From assembly GCA_963697335.1 (NCBI GenBank), contig CAVONQ010000011.1:32001-96000 (forward strand): DNA of 64,000 bases. The letters are read 5' to 3'. Source of the stretch: an uncultured cyanobacterium. GTDB lineage: Bacteria; Cyanobacteriota; Cyanobacteriia; PCC-6307; Cyanobiaceae. Below, in pieces: positions 22,503 to 34,914 of this stretch (within the stretch, counting starts at the first letter, position 1; each line of letters begins with the position of its first letter). Below the pieces are notes generated by a model. That model was not told the origin of the DNA. It was given only the letters and a program-made list of their open reading frames with translations, and did no database searches. A program made the translations under genes and the position numbers.

Positions 22503-23633
22503 ATGACCCAGGCAGACACCAGTCGCAACATCACGGCGGCCTCCGGCCTGGCCGACTCCGGGGTTCCGGGCTGTTCCGCCGAGTCCACCCACGTGGCGGG
22601 TCCCCACGCTGAGCGCCTGGAGAACCTCTATCCGGCCACCCCCGCCACGGTGACGCGGGAGGAAGGGCTGATGCTCTACCGCGACATGACCCTCGGCCGT
22701 CGCTTCGAGGACAAGTGCGCGGAGATGTACTACCGCGGCAAGATGTTTGGCTTCGTGCACCTCTACAACGGCCAGGAGGCCGTCAGCACGGGCGTGATCA
22801 AGGCGATGAAGGCCCAGCACGACTGGTTCTGCAGCACCTACCGCGACCACGTCCATGCCCTCAGCTGCGGCGTGCCGGCCCGGGAGGTGATGAGCGAACT
22901 GTTCGGCAAGGAAACCGGCTGCAGCAAGGGCAGGGGCGGCTCGATGCACCTGTTCTCCCGCGAGCACCATCTCCTGGGCGGCTACGCCTTCATCGGCGAA
23001 GGCATCCCCGTGGCCCTCGGGGCCGCCTTCACCAGCCGCTACAAGCGCGATGCCCTCGGCGATGCCGGCAGTGATTCCGTCACGGCGGCCTTTTTTGGCG
23101 ACGGCACCTGCAACATCGGCCAGTTCTACGAGTGCCTGAACATGGCCTCGCTCTGGAAGCTGCCGATCCTGTTCGTGGTGGAAAACAACAAGTGGGCCAT
23201 CGGCATGGACCACAACCGCGCCACCAGCGACCCCGAGATCTGGCGCAAGGCCGCCTCCTTCGGCATGGCCGGTGAAGAGGTGGACGGCATGGATGTGCTG
23301 GCGGTGCGGGCGGCCGCCCAGCGGGCGGTTCAGCGGGCCCGCGCCGGCGAGGGTCCCACCCTGCTGGAGTGCCTCACTTACCGCTACCGGGGCCACTCCC
23401 TGGCCGACCCGGATGAGTTGCGGGCTGAGGCCGAGAAGGCCTTCTGGGCCAAGCGCGACCCGATCAAACGCCTCGCAGGCCAGCTGGTGGAGCAGCAACT
23501 GGCCACGGCCGAGGAACTCAAGGCCATCGAAAAGGAGATCGACGCCGAGATCAGCGACTGCGTTTCGTTCGCCCTGGCGGCACCGGAACCCAACCCCGAA
23601 GAGCTCACCCGCTACATCTGGGCCGAGAACTGA
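22503..23633 (+). CDS. pdhA: Pyruvate dehydrogenase E1 alpha subunit
   Basis: [34 protein letters not shown]. Confidence 0.97.
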   Translation: MTQADTSRNITAASGLADSGVPGCSAESTHVAGPHAERLENLYPATPATVTREEGLMLYRDMTLGRRFEDKCAEMYYRGKMFGFVHLYNGQEAVSTGVIKAMKAQHDWFCSTYRDHVHALSCGVPAREVMSELFGKETGCSKGRGGSMHLFSREHHLLGGYAFIGEGIPVALGAAFTSRYKRDALGDAGSDSVTAAFFGDGTCNIGQFYECLNMASLWKLPILFVVENNKWAIGMDHNRATSDPEIWRKAASFGMAGEEVDGMDVLAVRAAAQRAVQRARAGEGPTLLECLTYRYRGHSLADPDELRAEAEKAFWAKRDPIKRLAGQLVEQQLATAEELKAIEKEIDAEISDCVSFALAAPEPNPEELTRYIWAEN

Positions 23634-23660
23634 GCTGCCCAGCGCTGAGTTGCCGAGCAG

Positions 23661-24584
23661 TCAACAGCCCTGGAGCCCGTGCAGCCTGGCTTGCTCGGCC
23701 GCGGCCCGGAACACCAGGCTGTGGCGCTCCACCAGCTCCGGCAGGCTGCCGTAGCCGCCGCCGATCACGCTGGCCACCGGGATGCTCCGGCGCAGGCAGG
23801 CGTCGAACACGAGGCGATCACGATTGAGCAGGCCTGCGTCACTGAGGCAGAGCTTGCCCAGCCGATCATCGCGGTGGGGGTCGACCCCAGCGTTGTAGAG
23901 CACCAGCTCCGGGCGCCATTGATCCAGCAGATCGGGCAACACATCGCCCACGGCCTGGAGATAATCGCGATCCTCCAGGCCATCGGCCAGGGGGATGTCG
24001 AGGTCGCTGGTCTGCTTGCGCAGGGGGAAGTTGCTGGCTGCGTGGGCGGAAAGGGTGAACACCCTGGGCTCGCCGGCGAAGATGGCCGCGGTGGCGTCGC
24101 CCTGGTGCACATCCAGATCCACCACCATCAGGCGCCGCACCAGGCCTTCCGCCAGCAGCACCCGGGCCGTCACGGCCACGTCGTTGAAGATGCAGAAGCC
24201 GCTGCCCTGGGTGGGGAACGCATGGTGGGTGCCACCCGCCAGGTGGCAGGCCACGCCATGGCGCAGGGCCAGCCGCGCCGTCAGCAGGGTGCCCCCCACC
24301 GACAGCCAGGTGCGGCGCACCAGGGGCGTGGTGGCGGGCAGGCCGATGCGGCGCTGGTCGGCCCTGGGGAGCTCACCGCGGGCGAAGGCCTGGTGATAGC
24401 CGCGGGGATGCACCAGCTCCAGGCTGCGGCGGGGGATGGGCAGCGGTTGGCGCAGGTTGGCGGCCGGGGCCAGATCCAGGGCCCTCAGGCGCTCGAACAG
24501 CAACCTGAATTTGGCCATCGGAAAGCGATGGCTGCTGGGCAGCGGGGCCGAGTAGGCGGGGTGATAGACGAGTGGCGGAAGCAC
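23661..24584 (-). CDS. Histone deacetylase family protein
   Basis: HRFPMAKF, GGTHHA, GFCIFND, DLDVHQGD, AGVD, GGGY. Confidence 0.95.
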   Translation of the reverse strand: MLPPLVYHPAYSAPLPSSHRFPMAKFRLLFERLRALDLAPAANLRQPLPIPRRSLELVHPRGYHQAFARGELPRADQRRIGLPATTPLVRRTWLSVGGTLLTARLALRHGVACHLAGGTHHAFPTQGSGFCIFNDVAVTARVLLAEGLVRRLMVVDLDVHQGDATAAIFAGEPRVFTLSAHAASNFPLRKQTSDLDIPLADGLEDRDYLQAVGDVLPDLLDQWRPELVLYNAGVDPHRDDRLGKLCLSDAGLLNRDRLVFDACLRRSIPVASVIGGGYGSLPELVERHSLVFRAAAEQARLHGLQGC

Positions 24585-24616
24585 CCTGCCGGTTCAGCCA
24601 GGCGTGGACGGCCTTT

Positions 24617-25543
24617 CTAGGGGCTGCTGGGGGTGCGGCGGGTGAGATTGCGCAGCTTGCGCAGGGCCTTGAGCTCCACCTGGCGCACCCGCTCGCGCGA
24701 CACATCCAGCTGGCGGCCGATCTCCGCCAGGGTGTGACGTTCATAACCCTCCAGCCCGAAGCGCAGCTGCAGCACCTGGCGCTCCTGGTCTCCCAGCTGG
24801 TTCAGCCACTGCTCAAGCTGCTCCTGGTTGAGGCCCCGCTCGACCCGGTCGAGGGGCTCCTCCTCGCTGGAATCGGCGATCAGATCGCCCAGAAAACTCC
24901 TGCCCTCGTCGCCGTTCACCGGGGCGTCGAGGCTGGAGGTGGTGAGGGACTGGCGCAACAGGCCGTCGAGTTCGTCGAGGGGCATGGCCATCGCCTCGGC
25001 GATCTCCTGGCGGCTGGGCATGGCCCCGAGCTTGTGGGCCAGCTCCAGGCTCACCTTGCGGATCGCACTCAGTCGCTCACTGAGGTGCACCGGCAGCCGG
25101 ATCGTGCGCGACTGGCAGGCGATGGCCCGGGTCATGCTCTGGCGAATCCACCAGAAGGCATAGGTGGAAAATTTATAGCCGCGGGTGGGGTCGAATTTTT
25201 CCACCGCTCGCTCGAGGCCCAGGGATCCCTCCTGAATCAGATCGAGCAGTTCCAGGCCCTTGCCCTGGTATTTCTTGGCCACGCTCACCACGAGGCGAAG
25301 ATTCGCCTTCATCATGCGCTGCTTGGACCGCTGACCCACTCGCAGCAGCTTTTTGTCGTGCTCGGTATAGCTGGCTGCATCGCTCTCCAGCAGCCGCATC
25401 AAGACCTGCACCTGGTTGCCCAGCTCGATCTCCTCCGCCGGCGTCAGCAGGGGCTCACGACCGATGCTGGTCAGATACCAACTGATCGGGTCGCTGCTGC
25501 GCTTGCGGCTGTGATCACTGGCCCTTTGGGTGGTGGCGTTCAT
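24617..25543 (-). CDS. Group 2 sigma-70 factor (RpoD/SigA family)
   Basis: ANLRLVVSVAKKY, DLIQEG, KFSTYAFWWIRQ, RTIRLPVH, region 4 SRERVRQ; lacks region 1.1. Confidence 0.95.
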   Translation of the reverse strand: MNATTQRASDHSRKRSSDPISWYLTSIGREPLLTPAEEIELGNQVQVLMRLLESDAASYTEHDKKLLRVGQRSKQRMMKANLRLVVSVAKKYQGKGLELLDLIQEGSLGLERAVEKFDPTRGYKFSTYAFWWIRQSMTRAIACQSRTIRLPVHLSERLSAIRKVSLELAHKLGAMPSRQEIAEAMAMPLDELDGLLRQSLTTSSLDAPVNGDEGRSFLGDLIADSSEEEPLDRVERGLNQEQLEQWLNQLGDQERQVLQLRFGLEGYERHTLAEIGRQLDVSRERVRQVELKALRKLRNLTRRTPSSP

Positions 25544-25597
25544 CAGGACGGCCAGTGGCGGGAGTTGACTATCCACGGCTAATGGGTTGATCCGGTG

Positions 25598-27264
25598 TCA
25601 TTTCAGTAACCCTTTAGGTTTTGCTTGCAAAACCACATGGTTGTTGTGGCCGCCTGGTGTCGGATCGAGGCCCGCCAGGGCTGAGGCGATCGCCATCGGT
25701 GTGCAGTGGCCGGGACCAGCGCCTGCTCGCACCTCCAGACCCGCCTGGGCGTGGGCCAGGGCGGCCGCCGCCAGCAGGGCTGGGTCCGCCTGGCCGCTGG
25801 CGGCCATGGCCTGGGCGCCCAGGCCGGCGCAGTAGCCCGCCAGCACGTCCCCGAGGCCGGCGCGGGCCGCCCGGGGCTCAGCCTCGTCCAGCTGCCAGCG
25901 GCGCCCATCGGCGGCGGCCACCACGCTGCGGGCTCCCTTCAGCACCAGGCCCACGCCCGCCTCGCCGGCGGCCCGGCCAGCGGCCTCCAGGGGCGGCAGC
26001 GCCGACCACTGGGGGAAGAGGCGCTCGAACTCCGCCGCATGGGGGGTGAGCCAGGTGGGGCCCTGGCGAAGGCTCAGCCAGGCCGCCGCGCTGCAGCCCA
26101 GGCCCGGGGCCACCGCCAGAGCCAGACGGTTCAGCCCGTCGGCATCCAGCACGAGCAGGCCGGGCAAGCGCTGCAGCCGCTGCCACACCTCCAGCTCGCG
26201 GGCTGCCCCGAGGCCGGCTGCGGCTGGCTCCCCAGCCCCGGCCCCAGCAGCAGGGCATCCAGGCGTTCCAGGGCGGCTTCGGGGAGGTCAGCCAGGCGGA
26301 GGTGGCCCGCCGGGTCGCAGGCCAGCTCGGCGCTCACCACCACGTGGGGCGCCCTGGCCACCAGCTGTGCTCCCACGCCGGCCGCTCCGGCCAGGCGCAC
26401 ACTGCCGCAGCCGCTGGCGCTGGCCCCCGCCACCGCCAGGTGCGCGGCGCCCTGGAAGCGGGCACTGCCGGCCAGCAGCAGCAGCCGCCCCCGGCCGTAC
26501 TTGCCCGCTGCCGCCTCGATCCGGGGCCAGGGCGCGGTGGCCAGATCGGCGGCAGCCAGCAGCAGCGGCGGGCTGGTGGGCAGGGCGTCCAGCGCCTGGG
26601 GGGCCAGCCCCAGGTCGATGCGCTCCAGCCGGCCCACCCAGGGCAGGGCGGCATCCTGCACCAGGCCCTGCTTGATCAGCCCCACCGTGCAGGTGTGCAT
26701 GGCCCTAGCCGCCACGGCGCCGAGACAACGCCCCGTGTCGCTGCACAGTCCGGTGGGCACATCCAGGGCCACCAGACCCCCGGGGCCCTGCTGCTGCCGC
26801 TGCTTCAGCAGGTTTTCGAGCTCGGCGCCTGGGGGGCGGCTCTGGTTGAGGCCCAGCAGGGCATCGATCCAGAGGCTGGCCGCGGCGGGGTCCGGGGGAC
26901 CGGCCAGAGCAGGGATGCCCAGCCAGTGGGCATGGCGGCGGTGGGCGCCGGTGAGGGGCTTGCAGCGCTCGAAGGGGCACCACAGCTGCACGGCGATGCC
27001 GGCCAGGTGGAGTTCCCGCGCCACCACCAGCCCATCGCCGCCGTTGTGGCCAGGCCCCACCAGCACCAGGGCCCCGCAGGCCATCAGCCGGGGCCCGTGC
27101 CGTTGCAGCAGCCGCTGGCTGAGGGCCAGGCCGGCCTTCTCCATCAGCGCCTCCACCGGCAGGCCGCTGTCGAACAGCCTGTGTTCCACGGCGGCCATCT
27201 GGGCGCCGCTCACCAGCAGGTGCCCGGCGTCGCGGGCCGGCCAGGGGGTGGGGCTGGGGGTCAC
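25598..27264 (-). pseudogene. nnr: NAD(P)H-hydrate epimerase/dehydratase (NnrE-NnrD, YjeF) split by a frameshift near 26200; real lesion or sequencing error
   Basis: Frame 1 (26131-27264): [30 protein letters not shown]. Frame 2 (25598-26188): [26 protein letters not shown]. Confidence 0.8.
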
Positions 27265-27319
27265 GGCAGGCGACGGGGCATCGCTTCATGATGGGAGCAA
27301 TCACGCCATTCGCCCTGCC

Positions 27320-28513
27320 TTGCTGAGCTCCGCCCCTGCCGCCACCGAGCCCGGTGCCGCCCCTCAGGCCGGGGCTGCCACCGAGGCCGGTGCCCAGGCC
27401 CTGGAGCGCCTGCGGGCCTGGCCCGGGGAACACCGCGTGGCCGTGGGGCTTTCCGGCGGGGTGGACAGCTCCCTCACGGCGGCGCTGCTGGTGGAGGCGG
27501 GCTGGCAGGTGGAGGGGCTCACCCTCTGGCTGATGAGCGGCAAGGGGGCCTGCTGCGCCGAGGGGCTGGTGGATGCCGCCGGCCTCTGTGAGCAGCTGGG
27601 GGTGCCCCACCACGTGGTGGATTCCCGCGAGCAGTTCCGTGCCCGGATCGTCGACTTTCTGGTGGAGGGCTACGCCGCCGGTGTGACGCCCCTGCCCTGC
27701 TCCCGCTGCAACCGGGAGGTGAAGTTCGGCCCGATGCTCGCCTGGGCCCGGGAGCAGCGCGGCCTGGAGCGCCTGGCCACGGGTCACTACGCCCGTGTCC
27801 GCCCGGCCAGCGGCGGCGGCCGGGATCAGCTGCTGCGGGGCCTGGACCGCCACAAGGACCAGAGCTACTTCCTCTACGACCTGCCCCAGGAGGTGCTCTC
27901 CCGGCTGGTGTTTCCCCTCGGTGAGCTCACCAAGCCCGACACCCGGCTCGAGGCCGCGCACCACGGCCTGCGCACCGCCGCCAAGCCCGAGAGCCAGGAC
28001 CTCTGCCTGGCCGACCACCACGGCTCGATGCGGGCCTTCCTCGATGCCTACCTGCCGCCGCGCCAGGGCGAGATCGTGCTCGCAGACGGCCGGGTGCTGG
28101 GCCACCACGATGGCCTGGAGCACTTCACCATCGGCCAGCGCAAGGGGCTGGGGGTGGCCTGGAGCGAACCCTTGCACGTGGTGCGTCTCGATGGCGCCCT
28201 GAACCGGGTGGTGGTGGCGCCCCGCTCCGAGGCGGCCCGCCCCGACTGTGTGGTGGGCGCGGTGAACTGGGTGTCGATCGAGCCGCCCCAGCAGCCCCTG
28301 GAGGTGGAGGTGCAGGTGCGCTACCGCAGCGCCCCGGAGCCGGCCCTGCTCACTCCCCTGGAGCCCACCGAGGCCGATGGGGCGGCGGGCCGTCCGTACC
28401 GGGTGCAGCTGCGTTTCGCCGAGGAGCAGTTCTCGATCACCCCGGGCCAGGCCGCGGTGTTCTATGCCGGCGACGTGCTGCTCGGTGGCGGGCTGATCCA
28501 GGCGTCCCCTTAA
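27320..28513 (+). CDS. mnmA: tRNA 2-thiouridine(34) synthase MnmA
   Basis: [54 protein letters not shown]; start approximate. Confidence 0.96.
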   Translation: MLSSAPAATEPGAAPQAGAATEAGAQALERLRAWPGEHRVAVGLSGGVDSSLTAALLVEAGWQVEGLTLWLMSGKGACCAEGLVDAAGLCEQLGVPHHVVDSREQFRARIVDFLVEGYAAGVTPLPCSRCNREVKFGPMLAWAREQRGLERLATGHYARVRPASGGGRDQLLRGLDRHKDQSYFLYDLPQEVLSRLVFPLGELTKPDTRLEAAHHGLRTAAKPESQDLCLADHHGSMRAFLDAYLPPRQGEIVLADGRVLGHHDGLEHFTIGQRKGLGVAWSEPLHVVRLDGALNRVVVAPRSEAARPDCVVGAVNWVSIEPPQQPLEVEVQVRYRSAPEPALLTPLEPTEADGAAGRPYRVQLRFAEEQFSITPGQAAVFYAGDVLLGGGLIQASP

Positions 28514-28539
28514 CAGAATCCCCTTGACCAGCCCTCACC

Positions 28540-28785
28540 TCACCAGTAGGGATCGCTGGCCAGTTCCACCGTGAGCGAGCCGGTGCGGCTGGGGGGCACT
28601 GTGGCGATGCAGGCCCGCACCACCCGGCCGTTCACCTCGATTTCGCAGGCGCCGCAGCTTCCCCCCAGGCAGCCGGTGGGGATGGTCACGCCGGCCTCCG
28701 CGGCCGCCACCAGCCAGGAGCTGCCGCTGGTCACCTGGCTGGTGTGGCCGTTGGGCCAGTGCAGGCGAACCGGAGTGGCACTCAT
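28540..28785 (-). CDS. Small 2Fe-2S ferredoxin
   Basis: GCLGGSCGAC...RAC Cys motif. Confidence 0.88.
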   Translation of the reverse strand: MSATPVRLHWPNGHTSQVTSGSSWLVAAAEAGVTIPTGCLGGSCGACEIEVNGRVVRACIATVPPSRTGSLTVELASDPYW

Positions 28786-30338
28786 CAGGGGCGAAGCAGG
28801 GGGGTGAGGTTCACGTGGGCCTCGAAGGCATCGGCCAGGCGATCGAGCAGGGCGTCGCGTTGCTGGGCGTGGTCGCCCTGATGTTCGCTCAGCGGGGGCT
28901 GTCCCCGGCGCTGGCGCAGCTGGTTGAGCCAGCGCCGCCGCCAGGGGCCGCTGTCGAACACCCCGTGCAGGTAGGTGCCGGCCACGCTGCCGCCCCGCTC
29001 TCCGATGGGCCGCCACCATCCCAGGCCGGCCTCGGAGGCGAGGGGCTGGGTGGCCAGGGGCTGGGTGGCGGCTGGCTCGCCCTCCCGTCCTGTGGCCAGC
29101 AGCTCGGTGTGGCCGCGGTGCAGCTCAAAGCCGCGCAGCTCCAGCGGCGACCCGGGCGGCCAGAGGGCCAGGCAGTGCCGCTGGCGTAGGGCCTTGGCCT
29201 CGCCGTAGACGGTGCGCAGCGGCAGCAGGCCAAGGCCCGGCTGCTCCGCCCCCGCTCCCCCCTCGCCCTCCAGGCCGCCGGGATCGCCCAGCACGCGCCC
29301 CAGCATCTGCAGGCCGCCGCAGAGGCCGAACAGGTGGCCGCCGCTGCTCACATAGGCCGCCAGCCGCTCGCCCCAGCCGTGGCGCCGCAGCACCGCCAGA
29401 TCCCGCAGGGTCTGCTTGCTGCCGGGCAGGATCAGGGCATCGGGCTGGCCGAGCTCCTCGCCGGGCTGCAGCCAGCGCAGCTGCAGGCTGGGCTCGGCCT
29501 CGAGCGGATCGAGGTCGGAGAAGTTGCTGAGGGAGGGCAGGCGCAGCACGGCGATCTCCAGCTCGGCCCGGCCCCTGCTGCCGCGACGCTCCAGCAGATC
29601 GAGGGAGTCTTCCGGTGGAAACAGCTCATCCAGCCAGGGCATCACCCCCAGCACGGGCACACCGGTGTGCTCCTGCAGCCAGGTCCTGCCGGCGTCAAAG
29701 AGTTCGCGCCGGCCGCGGAAGCGATTGATCAGCAGCCCCCGGATCAGGGGACGCTGCACCGGCGTGAGCAGCTGCAGGGTGCCCACCAGCTGGGCGAACA
29801 CCCCGCCCCGTTCGATGTCCGCCACCAGCAGGCAGCGGGCCCGCAGGAACTGGGCCAGCCGCAGGTTGGTGAGGTCGCGGGCCTGCAGGTTCACCTCCAC
29901 GGGGCTGCCGGCCCCTTCCAGCACCAGCCGGCCGCCGGCATGGCTGGCCTGCAGGGTCTCGAGCCCCGCCCGGATGGCGGCCCAGCCGGGGCGAAACCAG
30001 TCGCGGTAGTAGTGCTCGGCCCGGGCCGTTCCCACCGAGCGGCCCAGGTGAATCACCTCGCTGGTGCTGTCGCCCTGGGGCTTGAGCAGCACGGGATTCA
30101 TGCTGCAGTGGGGCTCCAGCCCCGCCGCCCAGGCCTGCAGCGCCTGGGAGTAGGCCATCTCACCGCCGCCGCCATCCACCCAGGCGTTGTTGCTCATGTT
30201 CTGACCCTTGAAGGGCAGCGGCTGCTCGCCGCGGCGGCGCAGCACCCGGCAGAGGGCGGCCGTCATCAGCGACTTGCCGGCGCCGCTGCTGGTGCCCAGC
30301 ACCATCAACGGCCTGGGCGCGAGGGCCGGATCCCTCAC
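28785..30338 (-). CDS. cobQ: Cobyric acid synthase
   Basis: [54 protein letters not shown] overlap with the upstream stop. Confidence 0.96.
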   Translation of the reverse strand: MRDPALAPRPLMVLGTSSGAGKSLMTAALCRVLRRRGEQPLPFKGQNMSNNAWVDGGGGEMAYSQALQAWAAGLEPHCSMNPVLLKPQGDSTSEVIHLGRSVGTARAEHYYRDWFRPGWAAIRAGLETLQASHAGGRLVLEGAGSPVEVNLQARDLTNLRLAQFLRARCLLVADIERGGVFAQLVGTLQLLTPVQRPLIRGLLINRFRGRRELFDAGRTWLQEHTGVPVLGVMPWLDELFPPEDSLDLLERRGSRGRAELEIAVLRLPSLSNFSDLDPLEAEPSLQLRWLQPGEELGQPDALILPGSKQTLRDLAVLRRHGWGERLAAYVSSGGHLFGLCGGLQMLGRVLGDPGGLEGEGGAGAEQPGLGLLPLRTVYGEAKALRQRHCLALWPPGSPLELRGFELHRGHTELLATGREGEPAATQPLATQPLASEAGLGWWRPIGERGGSVAGTYLHGVFDSGPWRRRWLNQLRQRRGQPPLSEHQGDHAQQRDALLDRLADAFEAHVNLTPLLRP

Positions 30339-30709
30339 AGGCGCGGCCGGCTGCGCCGCAGCTGGTGCTGCAGGCGCTCCACCAGGGGCGCCGTGGGAAT
30401 CGCGCCGGGCCACTGCTCCAGCAGGTCGCGCCCCATGGGGGTGAGGCGCACCCGCTCGGTGAGTCCCTGGCCGTCCACCTCCCGGCGCAGCACCCCCACC
30501 TGGATCAGCCAGGTCCAGTGGGCCTCCACCCTCTCGCTGCCCAGGCTGCGGGTGCAGTGCTGGCTGGCATCGGGGCGGCGGCAGAAGGCGCCGCTGCTGA
30601 GGGGGGTGGCGGCCACCAGCTCATAGAACGAGCGCCGGAACGGCAGGCAGCGCATCGCCTGGGAAGCCCGGGCCCAGGAGCGGGCCTGGAGGTGAGGCTG
30701 TCCTTTCAT
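30335..30709 (-). CDS. Npun_F0494 family cyanobacterial protein
   Basis: [28 protein letters not shown]. Confidence 0.8.
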   Translation of the reverse strand: MKGQPHLQARSWARASQAMRCLPFRRSFYELVAATPLSSGAFCRRPDASQHCTRSLGSERVEAHWTWLIQVGVLRREVDGQGLTERVRLTPMGRDLLEQWPGAIPTAPLVERLQHQLRRSRPRL

Positions 30710-30739
30710 GGGGCGATTCTCCCTGACTCGACAACCCAG

Positions 30740-31333
30740 ATGCTGGTGCTTGCCTCCGCCTCCCCAGCCCGGCGTCGCCTGCTGCAGCAGGCCGCCATCC
30801 CCCACCTGGTGCGGGTGAGCGGGGTGGAGGAGGAGGCGTTTGCTGATGCCGACCCCCGGCAGCTGGTGCGCCAGCTGGCCCAGGCGAAGGCGGAAGCGGT
30901 GCTGGCAGAGCTGGAGGCTGAGACGGCGGCAGCCTGGCCGCAGGGGCCTGGGGTGCTGGGCTGTGATTCGCTGCTGGTGTTTGCCGGGGAGACCTTTGGC
31001 AAGCCGCGCGATGCCGAGCAGGCCAGAGCCCGCTGGCGCCGCATGAGCGGCAGTTGGGCCGAGCTGCACACCGGCCACTGCCTCCTGGTCCCGCAGCGGC
31101 CGTCCTTGCAGGAGGTGGTGACCACCCGGGTGCGGTTTGCGGCTGTGGACGACGGGGCCATCGCCGCCTACGTGGCCAGCGGGGAGCCGCTGCAATGCGC
31201 TGGGGGGTTTGCCCTCGAGGGTCGGGGCGGGCTGCTGGTGGAGCGGATCGAAGGCTGTTACAGCAATGTGATCGGCCTCAGCCTGCCCCTGCTGCGCCGC
31301 TGGCTCCAGGACGCCCGCTTCAGCGATCACTGA
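30740..31333 (+). CDS. maf: Maf family nucleoside triphosphate pyrophosphatase
   Basis: [28 protein letters not shown]. Confidence 0.93.
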   Translation: MLVLASASPARRRLLQQAAIPHLVRVSGVEEEAFADADPRQLVRQLAQAKAEAVLAELEAETAAAWPQGPGVLGCDSLLVFAGETFGKPRDAEQARARWRRMSGSWAELHTGHCLLVPQRPSLQEVVTTRVRFAAVDDGAIAAYVASGEPLQCAGGFALEGRGGLLVERIEGCYSNVIGLSLPLLRRWLQDARFSDH

Positions 31334-32051
31334 ACAGCTCGCCGATGCCATCACTGGCATTGCGACCGCGCCGCAGGCCGCGGTTCTCGCGGGTGGCGAC
31401 CAGGGTGAGATTGCGCCAGCGGAACACCCCCGTGTAGCCGTGGTCGATGAAGGTCACCGGCGAGGTGCCGGTGGCATCCCTCACTTCCAGGCGTCCGCTG
31501 CGGTCGCTGAAGTTGAAGCGCCGCCCATCCGGCTGGGTCACCACGTAGCGGGTGACGCCGTTGTTGCGCTCCACCAGGCGCAGGGAGCAGTCGCCCTCAT
31601 GAAGCAAGCGAGAGCCTTCCAGCAACGTGCAGCGGCCCTCGTAGGTGGTCACCTCGCGGTCGTTGCGCGCCATCCTGCCAAACAGCACCTGGGTCAGTTC
31701 GCGCTCGACCCGCCTGCGGTCTGAGCCCGCCTCCCAGCAGGTTTCGGCGCGCAGGCTGCAGAGGCTGCCATTGCTGAGCTGGAAATCCTGGGGAGCGGGC
31801 CGGCCGATCAGGGAGGTCTGCAGGCGCCGGGCGGCCTGGCTGCCGAACTGGCGTCGGGTCTCATCCAGGGAGATGCCCTCGCTGCTGATGCAGGTCTGGG
31901 CGCGTTGATCGCAGATCACGCCAGCCTCCGGGCTGGAGAGCCCGCGAGGCATCGCCGTCGCCGGGCCGGCGATGGCCAGCATGCCGACGCCCGCGCTGAC
32001 GGCAATGGCGGCGGTGCTGCTGAGGCGAAAGCTGAGGGATCGCAGGGTCAT
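31320..32051 (-). CDS. Secreted Cys-containing protein with YcgJ/Fels-1-like domain
   Basis: Signal peptide; SP.AGVICD...C.S..GIS...T...FG, F.LSNG..C......CW pattern. Confidence 0.65.
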   Translation of the reverse strand: MTLRSLSFRLSSTAAIAVSAGVGMLAIAGPATAMPRGLSSPEAGVICDQRAQTCISSEGISLDETRRQFGSQAARRLQTSLIGRPAPQDFQLSNGSLCSLRAETCWEAGSDRRRVERELTQVLFGRMARNDREVTTYEGRCTLLEGSRLLHEGDCSLRLVERNNGVTRYVVTQPDGRRFNFSDRSGRLEVRDATGTSPVTFIDHGYTGVFRWRNLTLVATRENRGLRRGRNASDGIGELFSDR

Positions 32052-32180
32052 GGCAGGGAACAGGGTGAGGAGAGGCGCTGGGGCAGGACCCGCCGGCAAC
32101 GCATGTCCGCAACGTATCGGCCGGGTGTGAGCCAGCCATGACGGCCTGGAGTGGAGTTCTGACCAGATCGGTCTGGGCGC

Positions 32181-32208
32181 AAAAAAAGCCCCCACCAAGG
32201 GCGGGGGC
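32181..32208 (-). terminator. Rho-independent terminator of the psbDC operon
   Basis: Minus strand reads gcccccgcccttggtgggggc followed by ttttttt, ~30 nt after the psbC stop. Confidence 0.85.
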
Positions 32209-32240
32209 AGGCGGCTGGAGCCGACAGACGACGGAGGGGT

Positions 32241-33629
32241 TCAGTCGAGGTCGGGCATGGCCAGGGTGGGCTCGGCCTGGCGGTCGATGCCTTTCTCGAA
32301 ACCGGCAGCGGCGGCTCGGGCGCGGCCGGCATGCCAGAGGTGACCCACCAGGAAGAAGAAGGCCAGCACGAATTGCGTGGAGGCCAGCCACTGGCGGATG
32401 TTCACGAAGTTCACCGAGTTGGGTTCGGTGATGATGCCGCCCACAGAATTGAGCGAGGCATTGGGGGCGTGGGTCATGTACTCAGCCGCGCGGCGCACCT
32501 GCCAGGGCTGAATGTCGTTCTGGAGCTTGTCGAGGCTGAGGCCGTTGGGGCCGCGCAGCGGCTCCAGCCAGGGGCCACGGAAGTCCCAGAAGCGCATGGT
32601 TTCACCACCGAAGATGATTTCGCCGGTGGGCGAGCGCATCAGGTATTTGCCCAGGCCGGTGGGTCCCATGGCCGAACCGATGTTGGCGCCGAGGCGCTGG
32701 TCACGCACCAGGAACGTGAAGCTCTGGGCCTGGGAGGACTCGGCGTTGGTGGGGCCGTAGAACTCAGAGGGGTAGGCGGTGTTGTTGAACCAGATGTAGG
32801 CCGAGGCGATGAAACTCATCAGGCTGAGCGCGCCGAGGCTGTAGCTCAGGTAGGCCTCACCGTTCCAGATGAAGGCGCGACGCACCCAGCCGAAGGGCTT
32901 GGTGATCACGTGCCAGATGCCACCGAAGATGCAGATCAGGCCGAGCCAGATGTGGCCGCCGATGATGTCCTCCATGGAGTCCACACCGATGATCCAGCCC
33001 TCGCCGCCGAAGGGGGCACGGGTCAGGTAGCCGAAGATCACACCCGGGTTCAGGGTGGGATTGGTGATCATCCGCACGTCACCGCCACCGGGGGCCCAGG
33101 TGTCGTAGACGCCACCGAAGAACATGGCCTTGAACACCAGCAGCAGACAACCCACCCCCAGCAGGATGAGGTGGTAGCCGATGATGTTGGTCATCTGGTT
33201 CTTGTCGCGCCAGTCCTGGGAGAAGAAGGAGGAGTAGTTCTCCAGGATCTCAGGGCCGCGCAGGGCGTGATACAGGCCGCCCACGCCGAGTACGGCGGAG
33301 CTGATCAGGTGGAGCACGCCCACCACAAAGAACGGATAGAGGTTGGTGACTTCACCGCCGGGGCCGACGCCGTAGCCGAGGGTGGCCACGTGGGGCATGC
33401 AGATCAGCCCCTGCTCGTACATGGGCTTGTCGAAGGTGAAGTGGCTCACCTCAAACAGCATCATGGCTCCGGCCCAGAAGACCATCAGGCCAGCGTGGGC
33501 CACGTGGGCGCCGAGCAGGCGACCGGAGAGATTGATCAGGCGGGCGTTACCCGCCCACCAGGCGTAACCGGTGGAGTCGAGGTCCTTGCCCCCGACACCC
33601 ACCAGCCCGGAATTAAAGGGCGTTTCCAC
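32241..33629 (-). CDS. psbC: Photosystem II CP43 protein
   Basis: GTG start (METPFN) overlapping the psbD 3' end; [35 protein letters not shown]. Confidence 0.99.
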   Translation of the reverse strand: METPFNSGLVGVGGKDLDSTGYAWWAGNARLINLSGRLLGAHVAHAGLMVFWAGAMMLFEVSHFTFDKPMYEQGLICMPHVATLGYGVGPGGEVTNLYPFFVVGVLHLISSAVLGVGGLYHALRGPEILENYSSFFSQDWRDKNQMTNIIGYHLILLGVGCLLLVFKAMFFGGVYDTWAPGGGDVRMITNPTLNPGVIFGYLTRAPFGGEGWIIGVDSMEDIIGGHIWLGLICIFGGIWHVITKPFGWVRRAFIWNGEAYLSYSLGALSLMSFIASAYIWFNNTAYPSEFYGPTNAESSQAQSFTFLVRDQRLGANIGSAMGPTGLGKYLMRSPTGEIIFGGETMRFWDFRGPWLEPLRGPNGLSLDKLQNDIQPWQVRRAAEYMTHAPNASLNSVGGIITEPNSVNFVNIRQWLASTQFVLAFFFLVGHLWHAGRARAAAAGFEKGIDRQAEPTLAMPDLD

Positions 33630-34668
33630 GGGGCAGTACCTCTTCAGGGAAGACGAAGTTTTCATGCGGCTGGTCAGCCGGCGCCATCCAGGCGCGGATG
33701 CCTTCATTCAGAAGAATGTTCTTCGTGTAGAAGGTCTCGAACTCGGGGTCCTCAGCGGCGCGGATCTCCTGTGACACGAAGTCGTAGGCCCGCAGGTTCA
33801 GCGCCAGGCCGATGATGCCGATGCTGCTGGTCCACAGACCCATCACCGGCACGAACAGCATGAAGAAGTGCAGCCAGCGCTTGTTGGAGAAGGCGATCCC
33901 GAAGATCTGGCTCCAGAAGCGGTTGGCCGTCACCATCGAGTAGGTCTCCTCTTCCTGGGTGGGCTCGAACGCCTTGAAGGTGTTCGACTGCTCCCCGTCC
34001 TCAAACAGGGTGTTCTCCACCGTGGCGCCGTGGATGGCGCACAGCAGGGCACCGCCCAGGATGCCCGCCACACCCATCATGTGGAAGGGGTTGAGGGTCC
34101 AGTTGTGGAAGCCCTGCAGGAACAGCAGGAAGCGGAAGATGGCGGCCACGCCGAAGCTGGGCGCAAAGAACCAGCTGCTCTGACCCAGGGGGTACATCAG
34201 GAAGACACTGACGAACACCGCGATCGGGCCCGAGAAGGCGATGGCGTTGTAGGGGCGGATGCCCACCAGCCGGGCGATCTCGAACTGACGCAGCATGAAG
34301 CCGATCAGGGAGAAGGCACCGTGCAGGGCCACGAAGGGCCAGAGGCCGCCGAGCTGCACCCAGCGCACGAAGTCACCCTGGGCCTCGGGGCCCCAGAGCA
34401 GCAACAGGCTGTGGCCCATGGCGTCAGCGGGGGTGCTGACGGCGGCGGTGAGGAAGTTGCAGCCCTCGAGGTAGGAACTGGCAATCCCGTGGGTGTACCA
34501 GGAGGTGGCGAAGGTGGTGCCGGTCAGCCAGCCGCCCAGGGCCAGGTAGGCCGTGGGGAACAGGAGCAGACCAGACCACCCCACAAAGACAAAGCGGTCG
34601 CGCTTGAGCCAGTCATCGAGGACGTCGAACCATCCCCGCTGCGGCAAGCGTCCTGCAGCGATCGTCAT
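33613..34668 (-). CDS. psbD: Photosystem II D2 protein
   Basis: [29 protein letters not shown] ... [12 protein letters not shown]. Confidence 0.99.
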   Translation of the reverse strand: MTIAAGRLPQRGWFDVLDDWLKRDRFVFVGWSGLLLFPTAYLALGGWLTGTTFATSWYTHGIASSYLEGCNFLTAAVSTPADAMGHSLLLLWGPEAQGDFVRWVQLGGLWPFVALHGAFSLIGFMLRQFEIARLVGIRPYNAIAFSGPIAVFVSVFLMYPLGQSSWFFAPSFGVAAIFRFLLFLQGFHNWTLNPFHMMGVAGILGGALLCAIHGATVENTLFEDGEQSNTFKAFEPTQEEETYSMVTANRFWSQIFGIAFSNKRWLHFFMLFVPVMGLWTSSIGIIGLALNLRAYDFVSQEIRAAEDPEFETFYTKNILLNEGIRAWMAPADQPHENFVFPEEVLPRGNAL

Positions 34669-34914
34669 GGAGGAAGCGGAACACCGGGCGATGGTAACAA
34701 TGTTCAGCGGCATCGCGAGGTTGGCCGCAATGGGCTGAAACCCCAGCTCAGGCCAGGCTTTTAAGTATTTATTCTGGTCCTCGCCCCCTGGGTCGCGGCC
34801 GGGCGCCAGGATGAACCGGGCCTCCGCGGTGCCCCTGGCCCAGCCCGGCCCACGGTGCAGCCACCCGGCCCAGCTGCCCCGCACGCCAACCTTTCCTCCT
34901 TCTTGAACCCTGCC

